Assembly (NCBI GenBank): GCA_002269645.1
Contig: NIVC01000153.1
Coordinates: 208,703-272,702, forward strand
DNA length: 64,000 nucleotides
Reading direction: 5' to 3'
Source: Macrostomum lignano
Taxonomy: Eukaryota
The notes beneath the pieces are model-generated. The model ran no database searches. It was not told where the DNA came from and saw only the letters and a program-made list of their open reading frames with translations. Shown in pieces: positions 1 to 14,297 of this stretch. Numbering within the stretch: the stretch's first letter is position 1; every line of letters begins with the position of its first letter. The translations under genes and the position numbers were made by a program.

Positions 1-560
1 TGAGAGGCCATCAATGTAAGTAGTGTGGCTCAATATTTGTAGTGTTGCTCAATATTTGTTATTAAAAAAGACCTGGCAATAGGGGATTTCAAAGGAGAAT
101 TTATTTGAGAGAAAATCCCCGAGATTCTATAAGGAAACATTTGACGAACGGTTTTAAAAGAATCGAGAAGACGATTCTAAGAGGAAGGTTGAGAATAGGC
201 CATTTGAAAAAATGCATTTAAAGCTTTGATTTCTTAATCCCTGCGATGAAAGGTTGTAAAGCGAGCGAGAGGCCTGAGAAATGAATAGGGGAGGAGGAGA
301 GAGTTGAGAGAGACCAAACAGGTATCGCATCGCAAGCAATAAAACAGATGCCGCTGTAGAGTTTCGCTTCAAATTTGAAACACAATTGCAATTTTTTTCA
401 AAAATATCAAATTAAAAAGCAGCTCTTTTGATAGGTAAGCAGCTATTCTCTTACTAGCAATTCTATTTCTGCTTTCCCAAATGCTGATGAATAGGCAGTT
501 TTAACTGATTGGAATTCATGCCATTCACGCGATCGTGACTGACGCTGTCTACTGAGCGAA

Positions 561-1305
561 GCCAGCTGTTTACAGTTAATGCTAGATAGATATAAGACTT
601 TTACGATCGTTGGCCAGCAGTCCAGAGAGGTGTCGCGACTTTCTTTAGTCATTTATTCAGTTCAGCTGCACTCGTCTGTGTTTACTGATTTCTCCCTCTC
701 TGTCTAGTAGTTCAATATTTGTTATTCTTATCTCTCTCTCCTCTTGCTGTCTTCTGATTGGCTGTTAAATCTCCCTCGGTCTCGCACTCCACCCCTCCTA
801 CCCCCCACTTGCTACTGCCAGCTGTTTACAGCAAAGGCTAGATATAACAGATTTTTACGACCGTTGGCCAGCAGTCCAGCGAGGTGTCGCGACTTTCTTT
901 AGTCACTTATTCAGTTCAGCTGCACTCGTCTGTGTTTACTGATTTCTCCCTCTCTGTCTAGTAGTTCAATATTTGTTATTCTTATCTCTCTCTCCTCTTG
1001 CTGTCTTCTGATTGGCTGTTAAATCTCCCTCGGTCTCGCACTCCACCCCTCCTTCCCCCCACTTGCTACTGCCAGCTGTTTACAGCAAAGGCTAGATATA
1101 ACAGATTTTTACGACCGTTGGCCAGCAGTCCAGCGAGGTGTCGCGACTTTCTTTAGTCACTTATTCAGTTCAGCTGCACTCGTCTGTGTTTACTGATTTC
1201 TCCCTCTCTGTCTAGTAGTTCAATATTGTTATTCTTATCTCTCTCCCCTCGCTGTCTTCTGATTGGCTCTTAAATCGCCCTTGGTCTCGCACTCCACCCC
1301 TTATT
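561..1305. repeat. Tandem triplication of a ~255-bp unit
   Basis: GCCAGCTGTTTACAG recurs at 561, 817 and 1071. The copies are near-identical, and each carries CTGATTGGCT (reverse CCAAT box). Confidence 0.9.
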
Positions 1306-1794
1306 TTCTTATCTGCACTCAACCACCCCACAGTTAATGACTAATAACTCAAATTTAAATAGTTAATTAACGTATTCTTTTCTTTACAGGAGGCAAGCAG
1401 TCATACCCGTTCCGCTGATACGTGCGCAGGAACACGCTTACACATAGTCAGCTTGGCTTTTCATTAATAACCTTATTACGAGTAACACCCTGTCCATAAG
1501 AGACTGCTATAGCTTAAAAATATAACTTGTAGGATTTTTAATTTCATTTGTTCAAGAGTTATTTTGCATTGTTTAAGACTATTTAATGGTAGTTCAGGGT
1601 CTTCAAAAATGTTTAGATGCATATTAGGGCGTTTAAGAGTGTTAAAAGGTATTTTAGGATGCTAAAAAGTGTTTATTAACTTTCTAATGTTACTTAAAGG
1701 TGTTTAAAGCTGATTAACAGAGTTTTTAAGTCTTAGTATCCCCTATCAAGGAGACAAATATGAAGATATTCAGCAATTATCAAGGCATGCTCAC

Positions 1795-2207
1795 ATTGGC
1801 CTTGGCCTTGACAAAATACTCCGTATTTGGCTTCAAATCTTGCAGAGAAATCTCCTCGGCCGGACCTTTAAACACGCAATTATAGAAGCCTTTGCTGCCG
1901 GTCTCCGACAGCTGCAGTTCAAACGACAGCATGGGAAACAGGGAGTCGGGCACTCGCTCGGGCGGATACAGGTGCACCAGACAGCTGTTCAACTCCGAGT
2001 CTGTCACAGTCGGCTGCGGCATCTCCGATAGGATGTCTGCCAGCTCTTCGGCAGTGATGCCTAGTTCGATGAGAGCCGCATCTAACGATCGCGGAGCGGC
2101 GGTGGCGGCATCAGTTGTTCTCAGAGACGGACCGTCCGGGTTGTCGCTATTAGCTGGAGAAGCTGCCAAAGTGCCATTCCCGCCGGCTAAGCCGCCGTTG
2201 ACGGAGC
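1795..2207 (-). CDS. FNDC3: FNDC3-like protein, exon containing the first fibronectin type III domain
   Basis: LADILSEMPQPTV...FELQLSETGSKGFYNCVFKGPAEEISLQDLKPNTEYFVKAK matches the first FN3 repeat of FNDC3A/B. Acceptor CACAG| at 2208, donor |GTGAGC at 1794. The gene continues off the left edge. Confidence 0.8.
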
Positions 2208-2399
2208 CTGTGTGCAATGTTGTTAATAGAGATCGAATTGTGTGGCCGTAAGATTAATTTATTTATATACTCGTAAAAAGAGACTGCACATCGCTAATAA
2301 GATTTTAGAATGCCATTCTCATCCGTCAGACAAGTCAAATCTGTCTGACCTATGTTCGATGTTGAATTACACGCTAGGCTGTCTTAGTGTCCGTCAATC

Positions 2400-2403
2400 T
2401 GTG

Positions 2404-2436
<33 letters not shown>

Positions 2437-2461
2437 GGCTGGCTGCCTGTCTGTCTGTCTA

Positions 2462-2496
<35 letters not shown>

Positions 2497-2501
2497 GTCT
2501 A

Positions 2502-2550
<49 letters not shown>

Positions 2551-2551
2551 G

Positions 2552-2597
<46 letters not shown>
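2400..2597. repeat. (CTGT)n microsatellite
   Basis: About 50 CTGT/CTAT units. Confidence 0.97.
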
Positions 2598-3137
2598 GCG
2601 CGCATTAGTTTGATTAGCCACCCATTTTTTAAAAAGCATTGGACACAAAAGCGCACAGAGGCTATTGTTAGAAGAATTGCCCAAATCGCCTAAATGTCGG
2701 GAGATTAAACTTGGAACGCCTATAATTTTAACACTCTAGTTACCATGCCGTATTGCGCCTTGGTTATCATGATACATTAAAAAGCTATTTTCTTCCAATA
2801 TCTTTGCAAATATTAAAACAATATTCGATAGTCAGGCAAAAACACATCTTAAAATATAGAAAAGTTTGATTGAAGGGCATTTTATCCGTTAAAACCGAAG
2901 ATAAAGACGGGTTGGCCGGTTGGCCCATTCCCAAGTCTCATTGTCTCGCAGTTCACCGCTAATGGACTGCTTCCAATTCCGATAGACATTAAGAGACGAT
3001 AGGAGGAATTTGAGAGAAACATATATGATACTAAATTTAGAAGTTTGATGACGATCAGGCGTGAGCAAATAGAGGGGAAAAAGCACTTTTTCTCTTTTTT
3101 TACAGAAATGCTATTAACTTAACGCTAAAAGTTTTAC

Positions 3138-3230
3138 ATTTGTATGCGCCAGGAGTCAGCGGACTGGGCAGAATTGCCGTCAGCGCTGGTTGCGGGACGA
3201 TGTCGCACGGGAGGCGTTGCATCAGGGTGC
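3138..3230 (-). CDS. Candidate 93-nt in-frame cassette exon of the FNDC3-like gene
   Basis: GC-rich island bounded by CAG| and |GTAAAA. It is 93 nt long and open in the phase-1/phase-1 frame needed between the flanking exons. The donor is weak and no homology was recognised. Confidence 0.3.
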
Positions 3231-3829
3231 CTGCAGCTCTTTTGTGAATATTTACAATTATATTTAAAGTGCTGTGTTGGGTGAAGGGCAGAGAAAAGAA
3301 TCGAAATTTTAGTCTTAGCTACAGATTCGCCTAAAACGTTATCCCGCTACTGCTACAGATGAGACTGAAGACACAGTTATTACAATTAGAATCGCGATTC
3401 AATGCCAGGGCATAGACGGGAGGCAGACAGGCAGGCAACCGAAACGATAGAAAATAATGAGACAGACCGGAAACTGAGACGGGCAGGCGGGAGAAGAGAA
3501 AAGACAGCAATAAAAATCCAATCAAAAAACGCGGCAAAACAGACAAGCGACTACCATGCAGATATTAACTGGGCGGAGCTAGATCAGCTTTCAAATCAAT
3601 AACAAACAGCTGGAAAATTTCATCCAAAGATTCCCGGATAGATCAGGCACCAAAAGTAAATGATTAAACCCCATTGGAGCATGAAATCTCATTACATTAC
3701 AAAACGCACAAAAACAGCACATTATAGATAAAGCATTGCCAATAGGCTTAAATATGATGTCGGACAAGGGAGAATTAAGTTTAGACTAGATCAGAGACAG
3801 ACAGACACTAAGACTAAAACAAGACACTA

Positions 3830-4046
<217 letters not shown>

Positions 4047-4535
4047 AAACACAGACTGATGATCAGTATAGCAATTCCTGTCAAGTGATAACGATGCACT
4101 GATGCAATGAAAGGCGATATTCTATTGAGAGGGCGGGTTACTTGCCCATGCGCATAGGGAGCTTCGCAGTTTCTATAGATATTGAGACAGCAAATGCATC
4201 AACTGCTAGCAGCACGGGGATGCATTCTCAAGCCTTACAGACTGTCTGAACGAGCAGAATAATAAGCCCGCATGCCTACTGTATGCATACCTATCTATAC
4301 ATCTACAGTTCCATCCGTGCTTTTTAGCCCAAGCCAGTTTGCAAAAAATCCATCCGGTTTTTAAAACAAAAGCAGCCGAAAGGGGGGAACAAATCAATGC
4401 CAGCCAAATACCTAAGCAGTGATTCACTGAACAGTTGACATGAAATAATTTTCTGTGCTTTAGCATATTAAACAAAAAAACGAATGCCTGGATGCTACAA
4501 AATAAATGGGAGCTAAGGAAAACATATTATAATAA

Positions 4536-5262
4536 TTAGCTAATTAGCTACAGGTAACACTGTGTCAGCATCATTCAATTAGCTACAGGTAACACTATGT
4601 CAGCATGATTCAATTAGCTACAGGTAACACTGTGTCAGCATCATTCAATTAGCTACAGGTAACACTGTGTCAGCATCATTCAATTAGCTACAGGTAACAC
4701 TATGTCAGCATGATTCAATTAGCTACAGGTAACACTGTGTCAGCATCATTCAATTAGCTACAGGCAACACTATGTCAGCATGATTCAATTAGCTACAGGT
4801 AACACTGTGTCAGCATCATTCAATTAGCTACAGGCAACACTGTCAGAATCATTTAATTAGCTACAGGTAACACTGTGTCAGAATGATTCAATTAGCTACA
4901 GGTAACACTGTGTCAGAATCATTTAATTAGCTACAGGTACACTGTGTCAGCATCATTCAATTAGCTACAGGCAACACTGTCAGAATCATTTAATTAGCTA
5001 CAGATAACACTGTGTCAGCATCATTCAATTAGCTACAGGCAACACTGTCAGAATCATTCAATTAGCTACAGGTAACACTGTGTCAGCATCATTCAATTAG
5101 CTACAGGCAACACTGTCAGAATCATTCAATTAGCTACAGGTAACACTGTGTCAGCATCATTCAATTAGCTACAGGTAACACTGTGTCAGCATCATTCAAT
5201 TAGCTACAGGTAACACTGTGTCAGAATCATTCAATTAGCTACAGGTAACACTGTGTCAGCAT
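4536..5262. repeat. 35-bp minisatellite, ~20 copies
   Basis: Unit CAATTAGCTACAGGTAACACTGTGTCAGCATCATT. Lies in an FNDC3 intron ~85 bp from the donor. Confidence 0.97.
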
Positions 5263-5347
5263 GGTGATTCTCCCACTATCTAAATTTTCTGCTAAATGCA
5301 AGTCAGATATTATTTTAACTTATAAATGCAGAAATTACACAACTTAC

Positions 5348-5921
5348 ACAAGCAGATGGGAGATCCTGAATGAGCTGTAATTGGATGAGCATAGGCCAGC
5401 GGATAAGGCACTGGTATGTGAGCCTGCTGCACAGTGGTCACCGCACCGCTGGGCGGACCAGCCGGCTGAGCAGCGGTCGGAGGCGACTGCAAGATACCTG
5501 ACGGACCATAAAAACCCGTAGCTGCGTCAGGCTGCGGCGCCAGAATGACGTGAGTCAGGATGCCATTCTCGTCGACAATCTGCTGCACCAGATGACCCGG
5601 CGGCACCTGCATGGGCATCGGCAGAGGCGGCCCACTGTTGGACACCATTCTGACTGTGGCCGGGCCGCACACGTTTTGAATTTGATTGCCAGCCCGGACT
5701 GAGAAAGTCTCGCCGACGCCAACGTGCACCATGACAATGTGCTCGCCCGGGCCGCCGGGGGCAGTCTCCGAGGTGCCACCGGGTACAGGAAGGATCAGTG
5801 GATTCTGCTGATGAGCCTGATAATGGCGGTGGTGGTTCGACGAATGCTCGGACGATGGAGACGACTGCTGTTGTTCATTTGAAGCAGATGAAGGAGGCGT
5901 GGCGCCACCACTACTCAGCAT
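5348..5921 (-). CDS. FNDC3: FNDC3-like protein, first coding exon (Pro-rich N-terminus)
   Basis: IVMVHVGVGETFSVRAGNQIQNVCGPATVRMVSNSGPPLPMPMQVPPGHLVQQIVDENGILTHVIL is the conserved FNDC3/miles-to-go N-terminal motif. ATG at 5921 follows an acceptor (ATACAG|). Donor |GTAAGT at 5347, phase 1, is compatible with the exon at 2207. Confidence 0.85.
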
Positions 5922-7439
5922 GCTGGCTCTGTATTGACTATTCAAATGGCTGAATATGTAAGTGCAACTGGCCCTTGCAATTGCTGCTTTTAAAAGGCTT
6001 GTGTCGTCTCCAGTAAGAGTAAATTTAGCGAAAATATCTAGACAAATGAAACAAAGTGCACACTTCTGTAAGTAGGCAATGAAGCATTTTTTGTCAAAAA
6101 ATCTCATGTAGTCTTGCATGTTTATATGCTATAATATTGCTAGTTGTTTATCAAAACTATGGGAAAATGCACAGTTGGTATTTGACATAAACACAATGCC
6201 TTACATATGTATATCATTTTATGCATATTAATATATACTGGAGTAATTAAATAATGGTCTAGACAATCTAGTCTGATTATACTAGTCTAGGGTTCATGGT
6301 GGTTAAATATGACAATAATGGTTATATATGAAAATACATAATAGCTAGAACTCTACTATGGACTTGCAATCATATTAGTAATGCCAATTTGGTTAGATGT
6401 TAAGGGGCTTTATACATCATGGCACACTTTAAGCAATATAAATTCTTTAAATAATTTATGCCTGCCCATTTTGCCAACTCTTCCGAGCAAGCATATACAC
6501 ACATAAGAGTGAATATATAGCAGTTTTAATTTTATTCATTTATAGGCATTTTAATATATACTTTTCTTAGGCAATTAGCCCTTAAAGGAATTAATTGCAC
6601 CAAGCAATATGTTCCAATTCAGCACTAAATAAATTATTATACTTGGAATCACACCTTGGGCCATTGGTAAATAAGAGTAAGAGTACTATACTAAACCACT
6701 AGGCTATGAATCTCCCTAGAAATAACCATAGTCTAGATCATGATTAACCATTAGCCTCCCGCGTCTATTTTTGCTTACCCCCATAGCCTCTCGTAGCAGC
6801 TCTGCTGCCATAGATTTAAATAGATTTAAAACTTCTACTAGAAAATTATTTCACCCCCACTCCCTCCCATAACTTGCTGTCAAAAAATAAATATTAAAAC
6901 ATTACTAGACATCAGTAGGAAGTAGTATGATGGGGTGAAAATATTGGTAGAAGTTGCTTGCATTATAATAATTGTCTTATGGCCAGCAAGTCGAGTCAGA
7001 GCCTACTAAAAATAGATAGCTATTAGCTATGCTTCTAGAAGCAGCCCAGGACTGGTATGAGAACTTTACATAGACAAACCAAAGTCACTTTTTGCCATAA
7101 ACAGATATTGCTTCATATATCCATCTTATTTATTATGCATAGTGTAAAGAGATGAGACAAGTATTGCAAGCATAGACATTTCTATATAAGTGATTGCCAT
7201 AGACAATAAGATTTGTTTTTTGAAGGGATGAATGCAATACAGTATTGCATATATGTTCTTCTCTTATGAAATGAGTATAAACCAATAAAAAATATTTTTT
7301 TATCAATATTCCCCACAAATATAATTTTTTAAACAATATTCTACAATGCAAACTGGATATCCAACCATTCAAAATTTGGGCTTGGATAGCGACTCAAATG
7401 ACAAATCATATGTGACTACATCTGGTACCAGTGGAGGCT

Positions 7440-7710
7440 CCTCTGATAAGTCTGTCGCATAACAGGTTTCAGCCCATCATGACCTGGTTTCGCTGCTACA
7501 ATTGCATGGAGGTGAACGAAGCTGATCTGCTATGCAAGATCAGACCTTTTTTGAATAAAGTCCAGTCCATCTGTCAAAATAAAAACATGCCACATCAACA
7601 TATTTTTGTTGACGAGTCATTGCTACTGTACAAAGGTAGGCTCGACTTTCTTCAGTACATGCCCAACAAAAAGTCAAAGCTCGGCATCAAGCTGTATTGT
7701 CTAGCCATTC
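7440..7710 (+). mobile_element. piggyBac transposase relic (DDE_Tnp_1_7 / PGBD-like fragment)
   Basis: LSHNRFQPIM...DLLCKIRPFLNKVQ...HIFVDESLLLYKGRLDFLQYMPNKKSKLGIKLYCLA contains the piggyBac first catalytic Asp motif (VDESxxxxKGR...QYMPxK...GIK). Truncated on both sides. Confidence 0.8.
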
Positions 7711-9804
7711 AGAACATGGCACGAGGCCCAAAACTAAAAGCACATGCTGATGAATTACAAATTGTTATTTTTTTAAAACTAACTTAGCCTAAAATAATAA
7801 ATAATAAACCAGATGCTGGAACAAGCTGCTTGACACTGTTATTCATATGATTAGCTTCCTTTGTCACTTACGAGTATTTCATATTGCTTTCTATACTGTT
7901 TTCACTCTACTTGTAATGATGCTGTTTTCTTTATTGTCATGCTGTTTTCTCTCTACTTGTAATGGTGCTGTTTTCTATATTGTCATGCTGTTTTCTTTCT
8001 ACTTCTGAAAATGCTGCTTTTTATACAGTTATGTTGTTTTCTGTGCTGGCTTTCTAATAGTATATATATATACTACTCATCTTGTTATATCTAAGATTGT
8101 TAAATTAAATAAAAGTCATGTGATTCTAAAACCAACTCTTTGTTATGTTTAATTTCCAATTAATGAAACAATTTTTTGCGGCAGCTCTACTGCCGACTGC
8201 AGGAGACTAAAGGGGTGCTAGGGTAGGAAGTCTATTTACCATAGATGCAGAAATTCTGTAATCACAAGAAGGAGTTAGGGTGAGCTTGCGGCAGCACAGC
8301 TGCCATTGGGAAATGAATGGTTAAGCTAATATATACCAAAGTAAAAAATAAGATTCATTTTTAAGCAATTGCATAACAAAGTCTTGATTCTTGATTAGCT
8401 TAATTATATATATATCTAAGTATCCAATGATAACTCATTAGACATTTTAGTGGCTGGCATTTATTGCAGCCCTATAGTCAAGATCATAGCATGCTTGCGC
8501 TAGAACAAATTCTATTTAAAAAACTGATTGTAGCATGCAGCAGAACTATTCCTATCAAAAAAGTTTGCTTGTGCTATATACTGCAACTTTTTGAAAAAAA
8601 AAATGCAAAAATCAATCATTTCTGTTTGAACAATACTAATAAAACTTATATTTGAATCTGTTTTATAGAATATGTGATGTTAACTTAAATTAATTTAAAA
8701 AGCTATCAATACATTAGCAAACAAAAAGTGCTAATAAAAAGAAATTATATGCTAACTTTTTGTCAGAGAAAATATTGTCTCATTGGAAGTTTTAGTCTTG
8801 CACCAAATAGTGCCAATTTTTTTGTCTTGCGCCATACTATGGCCTGCACCAGATTTTTCTCCTTTGACTGCTGTTGTGCCAGAATGTGCAAGCATAGCAC
8901 ATGTCCAACCCCTTTTGCACTGGGATTTTCTATGAAAAAGACCATTTTCCTGACTATGGTATTAACCATAGTTAATACCAGTGCAGTAGCCAGTTTCCAG
9001 TTCATTCATCTGCCGACAGTTCATTTGCTGAGTAGACAAAATGCCCTTTCCTTCTAAAACTGTTTGTCTGCTAGGAAATGGGTGGGGATGAGGAGTGGGA
9101 TAGGGACTGGGGAGCTGCCTCTGTCCATTAACATTGTTATAAAGCGCTGTAAGTATAGCCCGGTCTTTCATCATTTTAACAAACTATTTTACAATCACCT
9201 AAAATAAGAAAGCTTAACTAAAAACAGTAGAACAGAAACTGCTAAAAATTTGATAAAGATAAAAATATTGGCGAATAGTTATTCTCATTCAAACTTTCTC
9301 AGATGCAAGACATACTGTGTAGTTTGTAGAAAGTGTGTGAGCACTCAACAACAAGCTTTGCAATGTGATGATTGCAGTCAATGGCAGCACCAAATATAGT
9401 ATAGAATGGCATTGTATAATAAAGATGCAACAAGGTAGAGAGGTCTAGTATTAGAGAGAAGCATGGCAAAGTAGGAAATTGGAAAAGATACAACAAAGTA
9501 TAAAGGCTTTTATCTTTTTTAAGTGCCATTGGCATTGGCACCAGTTTATCACACTTAAGTCTTAAACATAAGCTATGTATTACAAAAAGGTCCAATGAAA
9601 TTATTTAATTGTTTAATAGTTTAAAAAATTTTAGAAGTATTTTATGCCTAAGGGCTAAGCATATTTATTTTAAATAGTTTTAAATAGATTTCAGTAGTAA
9701 AATATAAAATATTCTTTTTTAATATTTATATAGAAATAGCAGCTAGACAGTATTAATAACATTCTTGACAGAGCAAGGTATAACAGCAAAAAATTAAGTT
9801 GTTC

Positions 9805-10097
9805 ATAGGCGCAGCAGAGCTAGGGTAGGCCTAAGCAATTGCTTACCCTAGCGCACCTTGGTTACCTGATTGCTTACCCTTGCTTACCCTAGCGCAGCAG
9901 AGCTAGGGTAAGCAATTGCTTATCCAATAATTTTGTTGGGAGGCATTGCCTTCCCAATATTTCAAAGACAATTATGACATCAATAACTATATCATAGCAG
10001 AATGTACCTATGTACGAGTACCAGAAAGGGTTCTCCATCCAAAAATATCCTTGCCCATGTGTTGCTACCCTATAATTTTTTTCTTCCGCCGCGCCTG
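9805..10097. mobile_element. Palindrome-rich MITE-like element
   Basis: Internal palindromic GCTAGGGTA...AGCAATTGCTTACCCTAGC motifs. The ends TAGGCGCAGC and rc CAGGCGCGGC are similar. No TSD found. Confidence 0.35.
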
Positions 10098-11207
10098 ATA
10101 GCTCGTACTACTAATCGACGTTATATCAACGCCTCACATCGTGTCGCGTCAACAAAATCAAATTGAATTATGTCATTAAGACTAAGAGAAGCCGAGAGGG
10201 TACTTTTACCCTAATTTATTGCGCTAAACGCTACTTACGAAGCTAGAAAATACACACATAAATCAGTCAAATGCTGCCAATATCCTATATCATACAAACA
10301 TAACAATTTCAATTTTTTGACTGTTGAGTGCAGTGGGTCTAGTGCTAGGTATAAGTGATATTGTCGTGTCATACTAATTTATTGCTGACTTGCAAGAAAT
10401 TCAGATATTGTTTCTTTGAAAGAGGAGTTTAAATGTATAGCTCGCGTTGGCACGTCGAAACAAAGTTTTAATCCACTAAAATATTTAAGTCTATATTTTG
10501 AGTAAGTGATTATTTAAAAAAATGAAAAATATCTTTCTTTAATTTTTTATGTTTAATCCGTCTTTAACTATTGGTTATAGAAAGAGTCTGAGAGTTTCAA
10601 TTTGCTCCATTTTCCAAGATACGAGTAAAAATTCCATTGCGCTTAGCGCCTATACTGCTATTGATATTGATTGTATTTTGTTAAACAACGTCCTAATGCA
10701 TTGATTAATAGAGAAAATGTAAAGTAAAAGTATTTTGAAATAAAAATGTTTGAAACACTTCAATTGCAGGTCTGAACTCAATCCTGCAAAAAGACAATTC
10801 TGTGGAAAATTATACACTGTTAAAGTTACGCCATAAGCACTAATATAAATTTAGAATGTGTCTGTAACCTGTGCTGTACTTATATAAAAATCTAAACGAC
10901 CTTTAAAACAAGTTATAAAGTCATAGTGCCATTCTTTATTAGGTTTGTCGTCAGTCTGGTTTTATATGCAAAATATTTCTTTAATTTATACTTTTAAAAT
11001 CATTTAAGTTCTTTCAAATGAAAAAACATTGGATGAATTGGAGGTTTTATGTTTTTGATGAAATACTTTTGCCTAATATTTTATAGACTCCTCTGCATCT
11101 ATGTCTAATTTTGAGGAAATTCATTTTAAGTACGCTAGCTCGAAGTTGAACCTTTAAATGACGAGATTGCAAAAAAGTTTGGTATTAAATTGCTTTCATA
11201 ACTATAA

Positions 11208-11456
<249 letters not shown>

Positions 11457-11526
11457 TGAATCATTTTTGTTACTTTCAAGTGACTTTCACTCATTTCAAT
11501 TAAAATCAACTCTTCTAACCAAACAG

Positions 11527-12435
11527 TGGGATGACGCACTCGAGTTAGTAGAGCCGCTGTCCGATGCTCCAAGCGTGGACATTCGCACAGTCCGATGGGT
11601 CATCCTTCGACACAAATACTTGGAGCTCGTCTGCCTTTGCACTGCTGATGGCGGCGGCGGCGGCGGGAGCGGCCTAGTAGCCGATGAGGTTCTCGCATGT
11701 CTCCAACAACTGGAAGCCGTCAGTCCGTCAAAGGAGGCTCATCGAGAGCTCTGCCTACTGCTCACTGGCGGCGGTTCACCAGACGCGGTTGAAACCCTAG
11801 TCGGCGGCGAAGTGTCCGGCGGTTGGAATCCGAGCGCTGGCAGAGTCGCCTGCTTTCGCCAGCTGCTTCCGCTACTCGAGCCCGTGCTCAAGCTCGACGG
11901 CTTCACCAACCATGGCGGCAGAGGCAACGGCGGCGCCAACATAGCAAGCGGAGATCGCCTGGTGCAGCTGCTGGCCAAAGGCCTGCTGTACGAGACTTGC
12001 GTCGAGGTCTGCCAGGCCAGGGCAACCGGGGCTGACGCGGCCGCTGCTGCTGGTCCATCCCTCCTGACGGAGTCGTCAAGCTCGGCTCTGCAATCGGACG
12101 AGGCCGAATCGGCCAGTACGGCCTCCCTGCTATCCTGGCTGGAGTCAGTGCCGGCCAGCGCCTTCGCCTGCCCGTTCGAGCAGCGCAGCCTCCGGCTGGA
12201 CTTGCGCAGCCTGGCCCGGCCGAGCCTGGAGGCCAGCTGGGCCGACCAACTGCTGGTGGCGCCGCCGCGGCCCAGGGTTTTCCCGCACAGTCACGTGCCA
12301 CACGGCCTCAGCCGGAGTGTCTGCGCTCTGCGAGCCAGCCTGGGAGCGCCGGCGCGACCGTCAGCGGCGGCGGCGGCGGCGGCGGCGGCAACGACTGATG
12401 ACACCGACGCCCCGACAAGAGAGCTTCGGCCTGCG
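11527..12435 (+). CDS. WDR47: WDR47 exon 2
   Basis: WDDALELVEPL...ILRHKYLELVC...DRLVQLLAKGLLYETCVEVCQ...LLSWLESVPASAFACPFEQRSL are conserved WDR47 motifs. 909 nt, phase 0-0. Confidence 0.9.
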
Positions 12436-13284
12436 GTGAGAGCTTTGTGACCATTTGCATGTAGCTTGTACTTTCAGTTTTAACTAAATCAATTATTGAG
12501 ACTTACATAAAATTTCTCAATAAAGATCTTACGCACAAGATAAAGTATGTTATAAAGAAGTGTCATTCCTGAAAACAGGGTGCGTTCAAAAGCACAAAAC
12601 TCGACTGCGCATTCCTGAAAATCATGCTCCCCAAGTTTCGCACCCAAATCTTCTGAATTCGGCATTGAAGAATATGAAAAGCCTACGACAGCTAGAGCCA
12701 ACCAGGAGATTATAAAGAATGGCACCAATCTATGCTTTAATTTCAAAATGACAAAGCGAGATTCATACCGGTATTTTTGAAATTCAACTACGGGCTAGTC
12801 TGAGCCTACATGAGCTATTGTTGAAACCTTGAAAATTCGGCACCGGATCTCGCAACCCCAGCCGTGAATTGTGACGCCTTAACATGCACCATCTCTCTGA
12901 GCCAAAGAGAGCGCAATACAGATGTAATTTTAAGGTCACGAGGTAAGTCTGCTCCCAAAAATATGAGGCTTGGAAATAGTTCTCCCAAATACCCGATACG
13001 CTCGTAGAAATCGCCATCAGACAACGCACGAATCGGTACTACCGGTCCAATTTAACCAACCTTCGAACGTATCTTTGTGATAGTTTATTGCAAAGTACAA
13101 CATTCATTCATTCAAGGATCACAACTGACAGTTAACGAGTTGATCCACTGGCCTCAGTTACTTGATTGATTCTGACAAGTAGAGTTTGTAGTTAAAAGAC
13201 AGTAGGAACCAAACGCGCTTGACCACAAGCATGTTAAAACACCGTTTCAACCGCAACCCGTGACAGACCCTTTCGCCTTGGCAG

Positions 13285-13706
13285 TCGCTGGCCAGCATCA
13301 GGCTGAGCAGCCTCGGCCAGCGACCGAAATCGGCCGGCGCAGCGCCGTCGTCATCTTCGGCGCTTCGCCGTTCGGTAGATCGAATGCTCTCCAACGGCGC
13401 GGCGGAAGCCGACGCCGAGGCTGTCGCCGAGCAGCACCGCCGGCCAATATCGGCGTCGGGAGCGCGCAGGCGCCAAGCGCCCAGCATCATCGCTGAAGAG
13501 CCCGAAGAGATGCTCGACAGTCAGGAAGACCGCATCGAAGAAGCGGACGCAGCTGTAGAAGATGAAGCTGTAGAACAGAACAGGCCGGAGTCGGACGACA
13601 ACGTAGAGACGGCAAACGGCGACGGTGGCGAAGATGCAGCGCAGCTGAGCGACTCGGCTGAGCAGGAGCAGCTGCGAGCCAGCGGGGCGGAGGAGGCAAC
13701 TAGCAG
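13285..13706 (+). CDS. WDR47: WDR47 exon 3 (acidic low-complexity linker)
   Basis: Acceptor TTGGCAG|, donor AG|GTGAGT. Open frame SLASIRLSSLGQRPK...EEATS; phase 0-2. Confidence 0.8.
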
Positions 13707-14015
13707 GTGAGTGATAGGTGACTTAGACATTTGGTATCGATAGGGTTTCACTAGTCAATACTAGAGATCAAAATGGACAGAGAAGCACGAAAATTGCCCC
13801 CCTGAGAATTTCTTAGCCACAGAATGTCTCGCCTAGAATATCTTACGAAGTATAACGAGTGTTAGTCGGCAATCTTAGCCATGCACTCACTGACAAGAAG
13901 TTCGATTCAACCAGACTCCAGCAGCAGTCTTAAAGACCTCTATATTTTTCAGCTCTTTTGCTCGCGCCACCTCTGTAGTTGGCGCCCCCTCTGTAGCTGG
14001 CGCCCACTTCGTTTG

Positions 14016-14297
14016 TGTAACTGGCGCCCGCTTCTTTATGTAACTGGCGCCCGCTTCTTTATGTAACTGACGCCCGCTTCTTTATGTAACTGACGCCCGC
14101 TTCTTTATGTAACTGACGCCCGCTTCTTTATGTAACTGACGCCCGCTTCTTTATGTAACTGACGCCCGCTTCTTTATGTAACTGACGCCCGCTTCTTTAT
14201 GTAACTGACGCCCGCTTCTTTATGTAACTGACGCCCGCTTCTTTATGTAACTGACGCCCGCTTCTTTATGTAACTGACGCCCGCTTCTTTATGTAAC
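14016..14297. repeat. 23-bp minisatellite (~12 copies) in front of the WDR47 exon 4 acceptor
   Basis: Unit TGTAACTGACGCCCGCTTCTTTA. Confidence 0.97.

Noticed and set aside
4536-5262. CRISPR-like regular repeats, here and in the other arrays
   Set aside because: Head-to-tail units with no unique spacers, no cas genes, and a eukaryotic context.
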